A stretch of DNA of 63,690 bases from an uncultured bacterium (GTDB lineage: Bacteria > Patescibacteriota > Minisyncoccia > Phycocordibacterales > PALSA-1337), in contig CAIUOX010000038.1 in NCBI GenBank assembly GCA_903900935.1, positions 1 through 63,690 on the forward strand, written 5' to 3'. Positions 9,560 through 19,798 of the stretch are shown piece by piece. How positions within the stretch are numbered: the stretch's first letter is position 1; every line of letters begins with the position of its first letter. Made by a program: the position numbers and the translations under genes. The notes below the pieces were generated by a model. It was not told where the DNA came from. It did no database searches and saw only the letters and a list, made by a program, of their open reading frames with translations.

Positions 9560-9943
9560 TTATTTCTGCACGATTTTCTTCATGATAGCTTTCCAATGTT
9601 TGGCGAGTCGACGATGCTGGTCGTCGCGCATAGACCCCATGAGAATGATTTTCCGTGTGATTTGTTTGAAAATGTATGTTGCAGTGTCATCTGTGGCGAA
9701 AATTTCACCTTCGAATTCTACTGGTTTTACAAGACCAAGAGTTGGTTCAGTGATGACAATTTTGATTTTTAGATAATCTTTGTCTCCTTTGCATCCACAC
9801 TGCTGAATAGTAATGAATTTGACCATTTGCTCATCGTCACCAAGCTTTTCAAGTACCGCAGTGATACCATCATGAATTGATCGGATCACATCAGCACCTA
9901 GTTTGCCTTTACCACTTCCTCTATCTATGGTTATTTTTTCCAT
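9560..9943 (-). CDS. Hypothetical protein
   Basis: 127-aa ORF with clean codon structure and its own terminator. No family recognised. Confidence 0.5.
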   Translation of the reverse strand: MEKITIDRGSGKGKLGADVIRSIHDGITAVLEKLGDDEQMVKFITIQQCGCKGDKDYLKIKIVITEPTLGLVKPVEFEGEIFATDDTATYIFKQITRKIILMGSMRDDQHRRLAKHWKAIMKKIVQK

Positions 9944-10168
9944 ATGGTTTTCACCTTTCTGGGTTTAACCCAATTTTGTTTCTGCCTTTTGTAGTGTAGT
10001 TCCATTTTTGATATTACTCTTTTGTGCAGATATGTCGAGGTCTATTCTTAATTTCTTATTTTATGACAATGACAGACCTCGACTAAACTTATCAAATAAA
10101 AAATGGCTCTAGATGAACCATTTTTTATTATCTGCTGTTTTGATAAGTGTAGATCTTTATTGGTTTTG

Positions 10169-12166
10169 TTACCAGAGATGATGTGTCATAACAAATCCAA
10201 CGATGAGTAAAGCAACAATGTTCAATATTTTGATCATTGGGTTGATAGCTGGACCAGCGGTATCTTTGTAAGGATCACCGACTGTGTCACCAGTAACTGC
10301 CGCCTTGTGGGCATCAGAACCTTTGCCACCAAAATTACCAAGCTCTATATATTTTTTTGCATTGTCCCATGCACCTCCACCTGAAGTCATAGAGATTGCA
10401 ACAAAGAGACCTGTAATGATAGATCCAACAAGAAGACCGCCAAGAGCAATTGGGCCAAGAATGAAACCAACCAAGATAGGAGCAAGAACAGGAATGAGGG
10501 CTGGAATTATCATTTCTTTGATTGCTGCACTTGTTACGATGTCGACCGCACGAGCATAATCAGGTTTTGCTGTTCCTTGCATAATGCCTGGGATTTCTTT
10601 GAATTGGCGACGAACCTCTTCAACAACTTTTCCTGCAGCTTTACCAACAGCTTCCATTGAGAGAGCGGCGAAGTAATAAGGAAGGAGTCCTCCAATGAAA
10701 AGACCAACAATAACTCTTGGATCACTAAGATCAAAAGGAAGACCTCCCGTGAGTTCGGTATATGAAGCAAAGAGTACTAGAGCTGCAAGTCCTGCTGAGC
10801 CAATAGCATAGCCTTTGGTAACGGCTTTTGTGGTATTTCCAACAGCATCTAATGGATCAGTGACATCGCGTACTTCTTTTGGTAGATGGGCCATTTCAGC
10901 AATACCTCCTGCATTGTCTGTGATAGGGCCGTATGCATCGATAGCAACGACTATTCCTGCCATAGAAAGCATACTCATGGCTGCGATAGCGATACCATAG
11001 AGTCCTGCGAAATGATATGAAACCAATATACCAGCAACAATCGTAAGTAATGGACCTGCAGTTGCTTTCATTGAGATTGCGAGACCTTGTATTATATTTG
11101 TGCCATGTCCAGAGACTGAAGCTTGAGCAATAGAGCGTACGGGCTTGAAATTTGTAGATGTGAAGTATTCAGTGATCCAGACGAGTAGGGCCGTAACAAT
11201 CAATCCAACTAATGAACAGTAGAATAGAGACATATAGCTGTATATGCCATTATCTTTCATGATCAATTTGGTGATTGGTTCGAATACTATTGCGGCGATG
11301 ATTCCTGCAACGACAAGACCTTTGTACATAGAGCCCATGATGTTTTGTGATTTGCCCATACGTACGAACCATGTGCCGATGATAGAAGCTATGATAGCGA
11401 TGCCACCTAGGGCGAGAGGGTATATCAAAGCACCCTCAAATCCCTTGAATATTGTAGCTCCAAGCATCATTGCAGCGATGGTTGTTACTGCATATGTTTC
11501 AAAGAGATCAGCAGCCATACCTGCACAGTCACCAACATTATCTCCAACATTATCAGCGATAACTCCCGGGTTACGTGGATCATCTTCTGGTATGCCAACT
11601 TCAACTTTTCCAACTAGGTCAGTACCTACGTCAGCTGCTTTGGTGAATATTCCTCCACCAAGACGAGCAAATACTGAAATCAAGCTTGCACCAAAGGCAA
11701 GACCAATGAGTGATGATACATCGTGTGTAATAGCAAAGAATCCTGAGACACCAAGAAGTGCAAGACCAACAACGAGAAGTCCAGTGACGGCACCACCATT
11801 GAAGGCAACAGCAAGAGCTGCTGCAAGACTTGAGCGAGCTGCTTCGGCAGTACGAATGTTACTGCGAACTGATACATTCATGCCAATATAACCAGCAAGT
11901 GCAGATAGGACTGCTCCGATGATGAATCCAATAGCAATCTTAAAGCCAAGAGACAATAAAAGTACGATGAAGATCACAACAGCGATTATTCCAATAGTTC
12001 GGTATTGGCGGTTCAGATAAGCCTTTGCGCCAGCTTGAATAGCCAAAGCGATGTCGCGCATCTTGTCATTGCCTGTAGGTTTCTTCATTATCCATGAGAT
12101 CAAGAATGCTCCATAAGCGATGGCTATAACTGATGAAATAAGAGCGAAAATAACGTACGAATTCAT
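10169..12166 (-). CDS. hppA: Membrane-bound K+/H+(Na+)-translocating pyrophosphatase
   Basis: 665 aa, multi-TM. Motifs [58 protein letters not shown]. Confidence 0.96.
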   Translation of the reverse strand: MNSYVIFALISSVIAIAYGAFLISWIMKKPTGNDKMRDIALAIQAGAKAYLNRQYRTIGIIAVVIFIVLLLSLGFKIAIGFIIGAVLSALAGYIGMNVSVRSNIRTAEAARSSLAAALAVAFNGGAVTGLLVVGLALLGVSGFFAITHDVSSLIGLAFGASLISVFARLGGGIFTKAADVGTDLVGKVEVGIPEDDPRNPGVIADNVGDNVGDCAGMAADLFETYAVTTIAAMMLGATIFKGFEGALIYPLALGGIAIIASIIGTWFVRMGKSQNIMGSMYKGLVVAGIIAAIVFEPITKLIMKDNGIYSYMSLFYCSLVGLIVTALLVWITEYFTSTNFKPVRSIAQASVSGHGTNIIQGLAISMKATAGPLLTIVAGILVSYHFAGLYGIAIAAMSMLSMAGIVVAIDAYGPITDNAGGIAEMAHLPKEVRDVTDPLDAVGNTTKAVTKGYAIGSAGLAALVLFASYTELTGGLPFDLSDPRVIVGLFIGGLLPYYFAALSMEAVGKAAGKVVEEVRRQFKEIPGIMQGTAKPDYARAVDIVTSAAIKEMIIPALIPVLAPILVGFILGPIALGGLLVGSIITGLFVAISMTSGGGAWDNAKKYIELGNFGGKGSDAHKAAVTGDTVGDPYKDTAGPAINPMIKILNIVALLIVGFVMTHHLW

Positions 12167-12256
12167 ATAAGTATATGTTTAATGCTAATTAATAATTTGT
12201 TAAACAGTGTGACTAAATATAGTAGAAAAACATTAAATAGGCAATATAAATAAGCT

Positions 12257-13411
12257 CTATTTTGTTTCTTCAATCTCATCTTCTGACGATTCTTCATTTG
12301 TACTAGCTGATTTGATGTCTATTTTCCAGCCAGTGAGTTTTGCGGCGAGACGGACATTTTGACCACCCTTGCCAATCGCGAGAGACTGTTCGTCCTCTGT
12401 AACTGTAACAACTGCGCGATGATCTTTTTCTGACAATTCAAGGCTGATAACCTCAGCAGGAGAGAGTGATTCCTCGATAAATAGAGCAGGATCTTCATTC
12501 CATTCTACGATGTCTATTTTTTCACCAGAAAGTTCACTAGTAACTGTTGAAACACGAACACCGCGCTGACCAACAAGAGAACCTATCGGATCAATGTGTG
12601 GGTCATGAGAGACAACTGCAACCTTGGAACGAGAACCAGCTTCACGAGCAATAGCTTTGATTTCTACTGTTCCTGAGGCAATTTCTGGAGCTTCAGTTTC
12701 AAATAATTTTGCGAGGAATTTTGGATGAGAGCGTGATAGTTTCAAGACGATACCTTTTGGAGATTCTTCAACTGCGAATAGATATGCGCGTATGCGATCG
12801 CCAGTTTTCCAGCGTTCGCTTGGAATTTGTTCTTCATAAGGAATGACACCGACAGCGCGTCCCATATCTATATATACGACGCCACGTTCCACACGCTCCA
12901 CTGTACCAGCGACAATTTCTCCTTCTTTTGCACCATATTCTCCCATAACTGAGACTTTTTCAGCTTCACGTATCTTCTGGATAATAATCTGCTTTGCAGT
13001 CTGGGCTGCAATACGTCCAAAATCAGCTTTTGGTTCCAATGGGAATACCAATTCATCACCAATCTGAGTATCACGTTTGATTTTCTTGGCATCCTCTAGA
13101 AGCATATGTTGTTCAGTATTGAAACGTATCTTGATATCATCAACATGAGTATCTTTGAGATTTTCTTGAGGTTCTTCGTCACCTTCCATAATCACTTGAT
13201 TGCGGTCGACGACTATCTTTACTTGCCAAAATTCAACACCGCCACTATTTTGATCAAATGATGCGCGAATAATCTGGCCTTTTTTGCCATATTCTTTCTT
13301 GTATGCTGTTGCTAGCGACATGGCGATAGCTTCGAGAGTCTTTTCGCGTGGAATACCACGCTCTTCTTCGAGTTGGTCGACGACGGAATTTATTACTTTT
13401 AGATCAAACAT
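12257..13411 (-). CDS. nusA: Transcription termination/antitermination factor NusA
   Basis: Start set at MFDLKVINSVVDQLEEERGIP (ATG 13411). NusA N-domain, S1 domain and two KH domains (LVGQRGVRV, IGKGGQNVRLA). Confidence 0.92.
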   Translation of the reverse strand: MFDLKVINSVVDQLEEERGIPREKTLEAIAMSLATAYKKEYGKKGQIIRASFDQNSGGVEFWQVKIVVDRNQVIMEGDEEPQENLKDTHVDDIKIRFNTEQHMLLEDAKKIKRDTQIGDELVFPLEPKADFGRIAAQTAKQIIIQKIREAEKVSVMGEYGAKEGEIVAGTVERVERGVVYIDMGRAVGVIPYEEQIPSERWKTGDRIRAYLFAVEESPKGIVLKLSRSHPKFLAKLFETEAPEIASGTVEIKAIAREAGSRSKVAVVSHDPHIDPIGSLVGQRGVRVSTVTSELSGEKIDIVEWNEDPALFIEESLSPAEVISLELSEKDHRAVVTVTEDEQSLAIGKGGQNVRLAAKLTGWKIDIKSASTNEESSEDEIEETK

Positions 13412-13639
13412 ATATGTAGTTGTTATTTTGAAGAGCGAAGGTTCTATATTTGCTTGTAAATACAAGACCTAAGCGAAGTCAAAAAGTTATATTGATTTGT
13501 AATTTTTCTAACAAAGAAGTCCGCCGGTTGGCGAACTACTAATGCAGATAGTATGCTTTATTTGCTTAATTTTAGCAAGTATTGACAATAGTCTGTTAAA
13601 AGTGATTCAATTCATTTAAATAGGACTTTGAAATAGGAC

Positions 13640-13689
13640 TTCGCTATAGCAGAAAGTGCCTAATTTGGGGCATTCTCTGCTGTGGCGAA
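13640..13689 (+). promoter_or_regulatory. Leader hairpin upstream of ORF 13758
   Basis: TTCGCTATAGCAGAAAGTGCC-taatttgg-GGCATTCTCTGCTGTGGCGAA. This is a 21-bp stem with one A.C mismatch and three G.U pairs that form only in plus-strand RNA. It is preceded by the tandem repeat AAATAGGACTT at 13618-13628 and 13631-13641. Confidence 0.45.
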
Positions 13690-13757
13690 ACATCATTTAC
13701 TCAATAAACTTCCAAATATTTCGATTGGATTGAAGTGTTTGGAATAATGAGAAAATA

Positions 13758-14597
13758 GTGATGCATTGGCCCGCAACAAAATATATGAGCAAAAAAACTG
13801 GAGAAGCAATTGCAGCAATAGCTGGTGCAGTTAATTGGGAATGTTCAGATATGGATCTATATGCCATTATTGAAGCTGCGAAACAAGGAGTTCTTGGTCC
13901 GAATCTTACAGCTTGGTTGGCAAATAAAGAGTGGAGGGATGCTCGAATAGTGCAACCCTCGACGACATACCCGGTTCTTGAGTTTATTACGAAGGTAGGA
14001 GCGACTTCAACAGGAAAATTTTTTCCGAAGGAGAAATTCGTAGTCAATACTGGTTCATGTATTTGCGTTAAGATCTCAGCAATTGGCGAAAACCTTATTG
14101 ACTGGTTTCTATCCACCGACCCAGTGATGCATCAACCAGTTGGTGATACTGTGCTCCGTTCACACAAGTTGTTGCAATCCTCCGCGGATGGTTCAATCAT
14201 CCTCGAATGTGGTGGTGTAAAAATGGTAATCACAGACTTGACTTACATATTTGACCTCATGAGCAAGCAATCCAATGGCGAAAAAGGTGATCTGATTAAC
14301 AATGGCTGGTATAACATATTTTATGTTCCTCAGCTTGTGACAAAGCTAAAGGGTAACCGCTATGCTTTTGTCAACAAGGCTGGCAGGATGATCACTGAGA
14401 AAGTACTGAACGCTGACTATCTACTTCTCCTTCCTGGTAGTCAATGGATGGTTCTTCGCGTCGTTTACGTACGCTGGAACGCTGGTGGTTGGGTTATTTC
14501 TGCAAACCATGCTGGGTATTCGCGAGCATGGGATGGTGGTGACAGAGTGTTCTCCCGTAGTTCCGAATTCAAGTCTTTGGTTACTGCGTCGGTTTAA
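13758..14597 (+). CDS. Hypothetical protein, divergent paralog of 1500..2105
   Basis: 279-aa ORF (GTG 13758 or ATG 13761). The C-terminal block VVYVRWNAGGWVISANHAGYSRAWDGGDRVFSR resembles LVPYLCESDGGVVLVWDPLSRNWYSDNPALRH of ORF 1500. A GC-rich hairpin follows at about 14626-14652. Confidence 0.55.
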   Translation: MMHWPATKYMSKKTGEAIAAIAGAVNWECSDMDLYAIIEAAKQGVLGPNLTAWLANKEWRDARIVQPSTTYPVLEFITKVGATSTGKFFPKEKFVVNTGSCICVKISAIGENLIDWFLSTDPVMHQPVGDTVLRSHKLLQSSADGSIILECGGVKMVITDLTYIFDLMSKQSNGEKGDLINNGWYNIFYVPQLVTKLKGNRYAFVNKAGRMITEKVLNADYLLLLPGSQWMVLRVVYVRWNAGGWVISANHAGYSRAWDGGDRVFSRSSEFKSLVTASV

Positions 14598-14781
14598 CTG
14601 TTAGTTTTGTGCTTATGCAGTCTTTCCCTCTCTTGCTTCGGCGGGCGAGGGTTTTCATTTATATATTTAAGAATCATTATTTAGACATTGAATAATTCCT
14701 AAGCGTATCTTTGCTGTAAAAAAGTACGAACATTTGCTATAATATATCTACGTTTCGTCCTTTAATCCCTCATCAATTTAC

Positions 14782-16551
14782 ATGCTCATTGAAGATACTC
14801 AGCTCTATAAATTCATCCTCGATTCAGGACTTGTTTCCAAAGAGGATCTTGAGGTTGCAAAGAAAGAGATGCAGGAATCATTAGCAAAAACAGGTATGGA
14901 AAATCGTCTCGGTGATGTTCTTGTTACAAATGGCAAGATAACTGCTGACAATCTGCGTCGTATGCAAGCTTACGTGCTAGGTATTCCATTTGTAAATCTC
15001 AAAGGAAATAAGATTCCTTTTGAGACACTTTCTTTTATTCCTGAGCCTATCGCTCGCAAGCACAATATTGTTGCCTTCAAAAAAGATGTAGATGCTCTAG
15101 AGGTGGCTATGTTAGATGTGAATGATTTGTCTGCTATTGATTTCATTAAAAAGAAGACAAATCTCAAGATACAGCCACGCCTAACAGATTCTGATTCTAT
15201 CAAAGAGGTTCTTGTTCAGTATCAAAAAAGTCTAAAAGCTGAATTTGGAGATATTATTCAAAAAGAGACAGATAGTCTAAATATGATTGCCGAAGAAAAA
15301 GGCGAGGTTGTTTCTGCTGATGATATAAAAAAGATTGCTGAAGATCTCCCAGTTGTGCGCATCGTAGATACACTTATCAAGCATGCAATCTTACAAAATG
15401 CTTCAGATATACATATAGAGCCGATGGAAGATGAGGTTTTGGTTCGTTATCGAATCGACGGTCTTCTTCATGATGCGATGGTTCTTCCTAAGCAAGCTGG
15501 ACCTTCAGTATCTGCGCGTATCAAAGTACTTTCAGACTTAAAATTGGACGAAAAGCGCCTACCTCAAGATGGGCGTTTCAAGGTTCAAGCAGGTGACAAT
15601 GAAAAAGTTTCATTCCGTGTATCTATTTTGCCAACATATTATGGTGAGAAGCTTGTTATGCGTTTGTTGCGAGAAAATGTGTCTGGATTTACTCTTGAAT
15701 ACCTATGTTTTCATGGTGAATCACTCGAACATGTCCATAAGGCACTGAGACAATCTACTGGAATGATTTTGACTACCGGTCCAACTGGTTCAGGAAAGAC
15801 GACCACTCTATATACTATGCTTGATCTACTGAATACTCCGGATGTGAATATATCTACAATTGAAGATCCAATAGAATATCAGATGAAGCGTATCAATCAA
15901 ACACAGGTACGTCCAGATATTGGTTTTAGTTTTGCTCAGGGAATACGTACTCTTGTACGTCAGGACCCAAATATTATTATGGTTGGGGAGATTCGTGACA
16001 ATGAAACAGCAGCGTTGGCAGTTAATGCTGCACTTACTGGTCACCTTGTTCTTTCTACATTGCATACAAATTCAGCGGCCGGAGCTATTCCACGTCTTCT
16101 TGATATGAAAGTTGAGCCATTCTTGCTTGCTTCAACCGTGAATGTTGTTATTGGTCAAAGACTAGTGCGCAAGCTTACAGATACAAAAGAAAAATACTTT
16201 TTAAGCAAGGCAGAGCTTGCTCAACTAGAAAAGACCGTTGACTTGAAACGAGTATTTGAGGCTCTCAAAGTAGAGAATATTTTGAAAGCAGATGATACGT
16301 GGCCCAAAATAGCATTTTATAAAAAGGTCAAAGGTCCAGATGACGATGGTTTCAAGGGACGTATAGGAATCCATGAAGTATTGGTCATGACTTCAACCAT
16401 CAAAGAGTTAGTTATGAAAAATGCCACATCTAGTGATATTGAAATGCAGGCAAGAAAGGAGGGTATGTTAAGCATGCTCGAAGACGGTATATTCAAATGT
16501 GTACAGGGTTTGACGACAATTGAGGAAGTACTTCGTGTGATATCTGAGTGA
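14782..16551 (+). CDS. pilB: Type IV pilus assembly ATPase (PilB/GspE family)
   Basis: 589 aa. GSPII_E N-domain, Walker A GPTGSGKTTT, Walker B IIMVGEIRD, His box LTGHLVLSTLHTN. Confidence 0.93.
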   Translation: MLIEDTQLYKFILDSGLVSKEDLEVAKKEMQESLAKTGMENRLGDVLVTNGKITADNLRRMQAYVLGIPFVNLKGNKIPFETLSFIPEPIARKHNIVAFKKDVDALEVAMLDVNDLSAIDFIKKKTNLKIQPRLTDSDSIKEVLVQYQKSLKAEFGDIIQKETDSLNMIAEEKGEVVSADDIKKIAEDLPVVRIVDTLIKHAILQNASDIHIEPMEDEVLVRYRIDGLLHDAMVLPKQAGPSVSARIKVLSDLKLDEKRLPQDGRFKVQAGDNEKVSFRVSILPTYYGEKLVMRLLRENVSGFTLEYLCFHGESLEHVHKALRQSTGMILTTGPTGSGKTTTLYTMLDLLNTPDVNISTIEDPIEYQMKRINQTQVRPDIGFSFAQGIRTLVRQDPNIIMVGEIRDNETAALAVNAALTGHLVLSTLHTNSAAGAIPRLLDMKVEPFLLASTVNVVIGQRLVRKLTDTKEKYFLSKAELAQLEKTVDLKRVFEALKVENILKADDTWPKIAFYKKVKGPDDDGFKGRIGIHEVLVMTSTIKELVMKNATSSDIEMQARKEGMLSMLEDGIFKCVQGLTTIEEVLRVISE

Positions 16552-16553
16552 TA

Positions 16554-17783
16554 ATGGACCAATCCAAAATGTCTCATTTTATCTTTAAAGCAAAAAAAGC
16601 GACGGGTGAAATATATGAAAATCAGCTTGATGTAGCTGATAGATATGAGTTGTACCAAATAATCAGAAATAATGGTGATGAGCTTGTATCGGCCGAAGAG
16701 CATGCGGTAAAGAAGAAAATAGCTTTTGGATCAATCAATCTATTTCAGCGTGTCAATGCAACAGATAAAATAAATTTTGCTCGCAATCTAAGTTCGATGC
16801 TTGCGGCAGGATTGTCATTGTCACGTGCTCTTTCGGTTCTTGAACGTCAAGCTCGTACACCACTGCTCAAATCAGTGCTTGTTGACTTGTCTGCAAGTAT
16901 TGGGCAAGGTATGACATTTGCAGATGCTTTGGCGAAGCATCCAAAAGTATTTTCTGGACTACTTATTTCGATGGTTCATGCAGGAGAGCAGGGAGGATCA
17001 CTTTCAGGAACATTGAAGATTGTTGCATTGCAGATGGAAAATTCTCATTTATTGACCAAGCGTATTAGAGGAGCACTTATTTATCCTGCCGTTATTATAT
17101 GTTTGATGATCGTTATAGCAATTCTCATGTTCATATTCGTAATTCCTACATTACTCAAGACATTTACTGAGCTTAATGTTCAGTTGCCGTGGACCACTCA
17201 GCTTCTTTTGGATATAAGTAATATCATAAAATATCAGGGTATATGGGTTTTTCTTGGGCTTGGTATTCTTGGATTTGCTCTTTTTACATGGATACGCAAT
17301 CCATCAGGAAAGAGTGTTATTGATAGTTTGATATTGAAGTTGCCTATCATAGGGGCACTTTCGCGAGAAGTGAATTCTGCTAGAACAGCACGTACATTAT
17401 CTTCTTTACTTGAATCTGGCATTGAAGTTGTTGAGGCTATGAATATCACGGCTGGAGTTTTACAAAATGTACATTTTAAGAATGTTTTATTTAGAGCTGC
17501 AGAAGCAGTTGGAAAAGGTGAGCTTATGTCAAAAGTATTTGCGGAGCATATCAATCTATTCCCTGTATTCTTGGTGGAGATGATATCTGTTGGCGAAGAA
17601 GCAGGAAAGACCTCAGAGATGTTATTTGGTGTTGCGCGATATTATGAAGATGATGTTGATCAGAAGACCAAGGATATGTCTACTGTTATTGAGCCATTCA
17701 TCATGATTGGCATTGCTGCTGGTGTAGGATTTTTTGCTGTTGCTATGATATCTCCGATGTATTCTTTGGTTAATGCTATATAG
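16554..17783 (+). CDS. pilC: Type IV pilus platform protein (PilC/GspF family)
   Basis: Two T2SS-F repeats and three TM segments. The start is ATG 16554 or the GTG at 16548, which overlaps the pilB stop. Confidence 0.9.
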   Translation: MDQSKMSHFIFKAKKATGEIYENQLDVADRYELYQIIRNNGDELVSAEEHAVKKKIAFGSINLFQRVNATDKINFARNLSSMLAAGLSLSRALSVLERQARTPLLKSVLVDLSASIGQGMTFADALAKHPKVFSGLLISMVHAGEQGGSLSGTLKIVALQMENSHLLTKRIRGALIYPAVIICLMIVIAILMFIFVIPTLLKTFTELNVQLPWTTQLLLDISNIIKYQGIWVFLGLGILGFALFTWIRNPSGKSVIDSLILKLPIIGALSREVNSARTARTLSSLLESGIEVVEAMNITAGVLQNVHFKNVLFRAAEAVGKGELMSKVFAEHINLFPVFLVEMISVGEEAGKTSEMLFGVARYYEDDVDQKTKDMSTVIEPFIMIGIAAGVGFFAVAMISPMYSLVNAI

Positions 17784-17788
17784 GAATA

Positions 17789-19144
17789 ATGAGTAAATGT
17801 TCTATACAAAAAGGATTTAGTCTCGTTGAAGTAATCGTTGGATCTGCTGTTTTCTTGGTTGTTGCTATGTCTGTATATGGTGCCTATACAGGACTATTTC
17901 AGATTGCGCATGTAGACCAAGCTCGTTTGATTGCTACTCAGTTGGTAAATGAACAGTTTGAGATTATTCGTAATATGCCATATGACAATATAGGTACTAT
18001 AAATGGGATTCCATCAGGAACATTGTATGCAACAACTACTACAGCTCGAAGTGGTATAACTTTTGAAGTTGATACTATTGTTCGCAACATTGATTTGCCT
18101 TTTGATGGAACTGCTCTCTTGGGCACAGATAGCAATCCGGCTGACAATAAACTTGTACAAATAACAGTTTTTTGTTCAACATGTCAGAATTTTGCACCAG
18201 TCGTGATCACAGGACAGGTTGCTCCTAAAAGTAGTGAATCAGCAACGACCAATACAGGGGCTTTGAGCATTCAAGTCATGGATGCACAAGGTCATGGTTT
18301 GCCAAATGCTTCGGTAAATGTTGTTAATTTATCTGCATCACCAATGATCAATTTGATTGATACCACAGATAATAATGGTTATATGCAGATTTATGGTGTT
18401 GCTACTGGAACGAATACATATAAAATAACTGCTACTAAATCAGGATATTCAACTGATCAGACATATCCTGTGGGTGGCGTTGGCAATCCAAATCCAATTA
18501 AACCAAATAGCACAGTTGCTATTCAACAAGTTACAAGTGTTAGTTTTTCTATTGATGTGCTGTCGTCACTTTCTGTTTCTAGTATAGCGACGAGTTGTGA
18601 TCCTATAGCTAATTTCAATTTTTCACTTACAAGTAGCAAAACGAATGATGTTGATGGATTGATAGCCAAGTATTTTGGTACTTTTCAGACAGGAAGTTCT
18701 GGTGCTCTTTCTATTCCATGGTTAGAATGGGATTCGTATACTGCCACAAGTTCTGATTCTTTATATGATATTGCTGGTATTGATGTTGCAAATCCAATTT
18801 CTGTCAATCCAGGAGTTAATCAAAATACAAAACTCATCCTTATACCAAAAAATGGCAATAGTCTTCTTATTACTGTGAAAGATTCTGTGACAAAAGCGCT
18901 TGTTCAGGATTCAACCGTAGAATTGGTAGGTCCTGGTGGGTATGATCAGATTCTTATTACTGAAAAAGATGCTAATGGTGGGGTAGCACCATCCTGTATG
19001 CCAACAGGTCAAGTATTGTTCCAAGGATTACAGATAGGAACATATACAATCTCTGTCTCAAATGCTGGATATTCAGTATTTACTCCGATTTCTATTGCAG
19101 TTGGAAGTGGATGGCAAGAAGAACAAGTGCTCTTGAATCACTAG
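17789..19144 (+). CDS. Large pseudopilin with prepilin N-terminal methylation motif and two CarboxypepD_reg-like Ig domains
   Basis: N-terminus QKG|FSLVEVIVGSAVFLVVA is a class III signal with Glu at +5. Two segments resemble carboxypeptidase-regulatory beta-sandwich repeats (SIQVMDAQGHGLPNASVNV...YKITATKSGYS; LLITVKDSVTKALVQDSTVEL...YTISVSNAGYS). Confidence 0.7.
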   Translation: MSKCSIQKGFSLVEVIVGSAVFLVVAMSVYGAYTGLFQIAHVDQARLIATQLVNEQFEIIRNMPYDNIGTINGIPSGTLYATTTTARSGITFEVDTIVRNIDLPFDGTALLGTDSNPADNKLVQITVFCSTCQNFAPVVITGQVAPKSSESATTNTGALSIQVMDAQGHGLPNASVNVVNLSASPMINLIDTTDNNGYMQIYGVATGTNTYKITATKSGYSTDQTYPVGGVGNPNPIKPNSTVAIQQVTSVSFSIDVLSSLSVSSIATSCDPIANFNFSLTSSKTNDVDGLIAKYFGTFQTGSSGALSIPWLEWDSYTATSSDSLYDIAGIDVANPISVNPGVNQNTKLILIPKNGNSLLITVKDSVTKALVQDSTVELVGPGGYDQILITEKDANGGVAPSCMPTGQVLFQGLQIGTYTISVSNAGYSVFTPISIAVGSGWQEEQVLLNH

Positions 19145-19180
19145 CACGGTTGTTTTATTGGAATACTGTACAATAATCAC

Positions 19181-19798
19181 ATGAATAGACACATTCACAC
19201 TCGAATAGGTATGGCTCTTGTAGAAGTACTTGTTGCTGTAGGTATTTCAGTTGTTGTACTTGTTGCAATTAGTGCATTTGAAGCTAATATTTTTATATAT
19301 AAAGACTCTGTATCAGGTACCTTTGAAAGTGTGCAAAATGCTCAGATTATTTTGAAAACTATGGCAAAAGAGCTTCGCTCTGCGTCGATTGCTAGTGATG
19401 GATCATTTGCAATAGCACAAGTATCTACTAGCACCTTAGTTTTTTTTGTTGATACAAACAATGACAGTGTTAAAGAAAGAGTCAAATATACTTTGGCATC
19501 ATCAACCCTTTATAGGGTCGTTGCTATTCCTTCAGGATCTCCTCTTTCATATGTTGGGGCTATTGAATCAACATCAACACTTCTACGCTCTGTTTCAAAC
19601 GGTACTTCAACTGATATGTTCCAGTATTTTGATGCTACATATGACGGGAATGAGTTGCCATTAGTTGAACCGATCACTCTTACTACAATACGTTTAGTAA
19701 AAATCAATGCAGTTCTTACTTCAGGAACAATACAGAAACCTTTGGTCAAAACATATACTATGCAGGTTATGTTCAGAAATCTAAAAGATAATTTATGA
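19181..19798 (+). CDS. Pseudopilin-like protein
   Basis: N-terminus RIG|MALVEVLVAVGISVVVLVAI resembles the prepilin cleavage/methylation motif. Lies in the pilus operon. Confidence 0.55.
   Translation: MNRHIHTRIGMALVEVLVAVGISVVVLVAISAFEANIFIYKDSVSGTFESVQNAQIILKTMAKELRSASIASDGSFAIAQVSTSTLVFFVDTNNDSVKERVKYTLASSTLYRVVAIPSGSPLSYVGAIESTSTLLRSVSNGTSTDMFQYFDATYDGNELPLVEPITLTTIRLVKINAVLTSGTIQKPLVKTYTMQVMFRNLKDNL

Noticed and set aside
10284-11891. Plus-strand ORFs of 61-215 aa antisense to hppA (for example 11244..11891), and similar antisense ORFs inside rny, tig, nusA, fusA, tuf, pgk, recJ, secY and others.
   Set aside because: They are mirror-frame ORFs within strongly supported genes. They have low-complexity Pro/Ser/Ala/Arg-rich translations, no start-site signals, and no room for independent expression.
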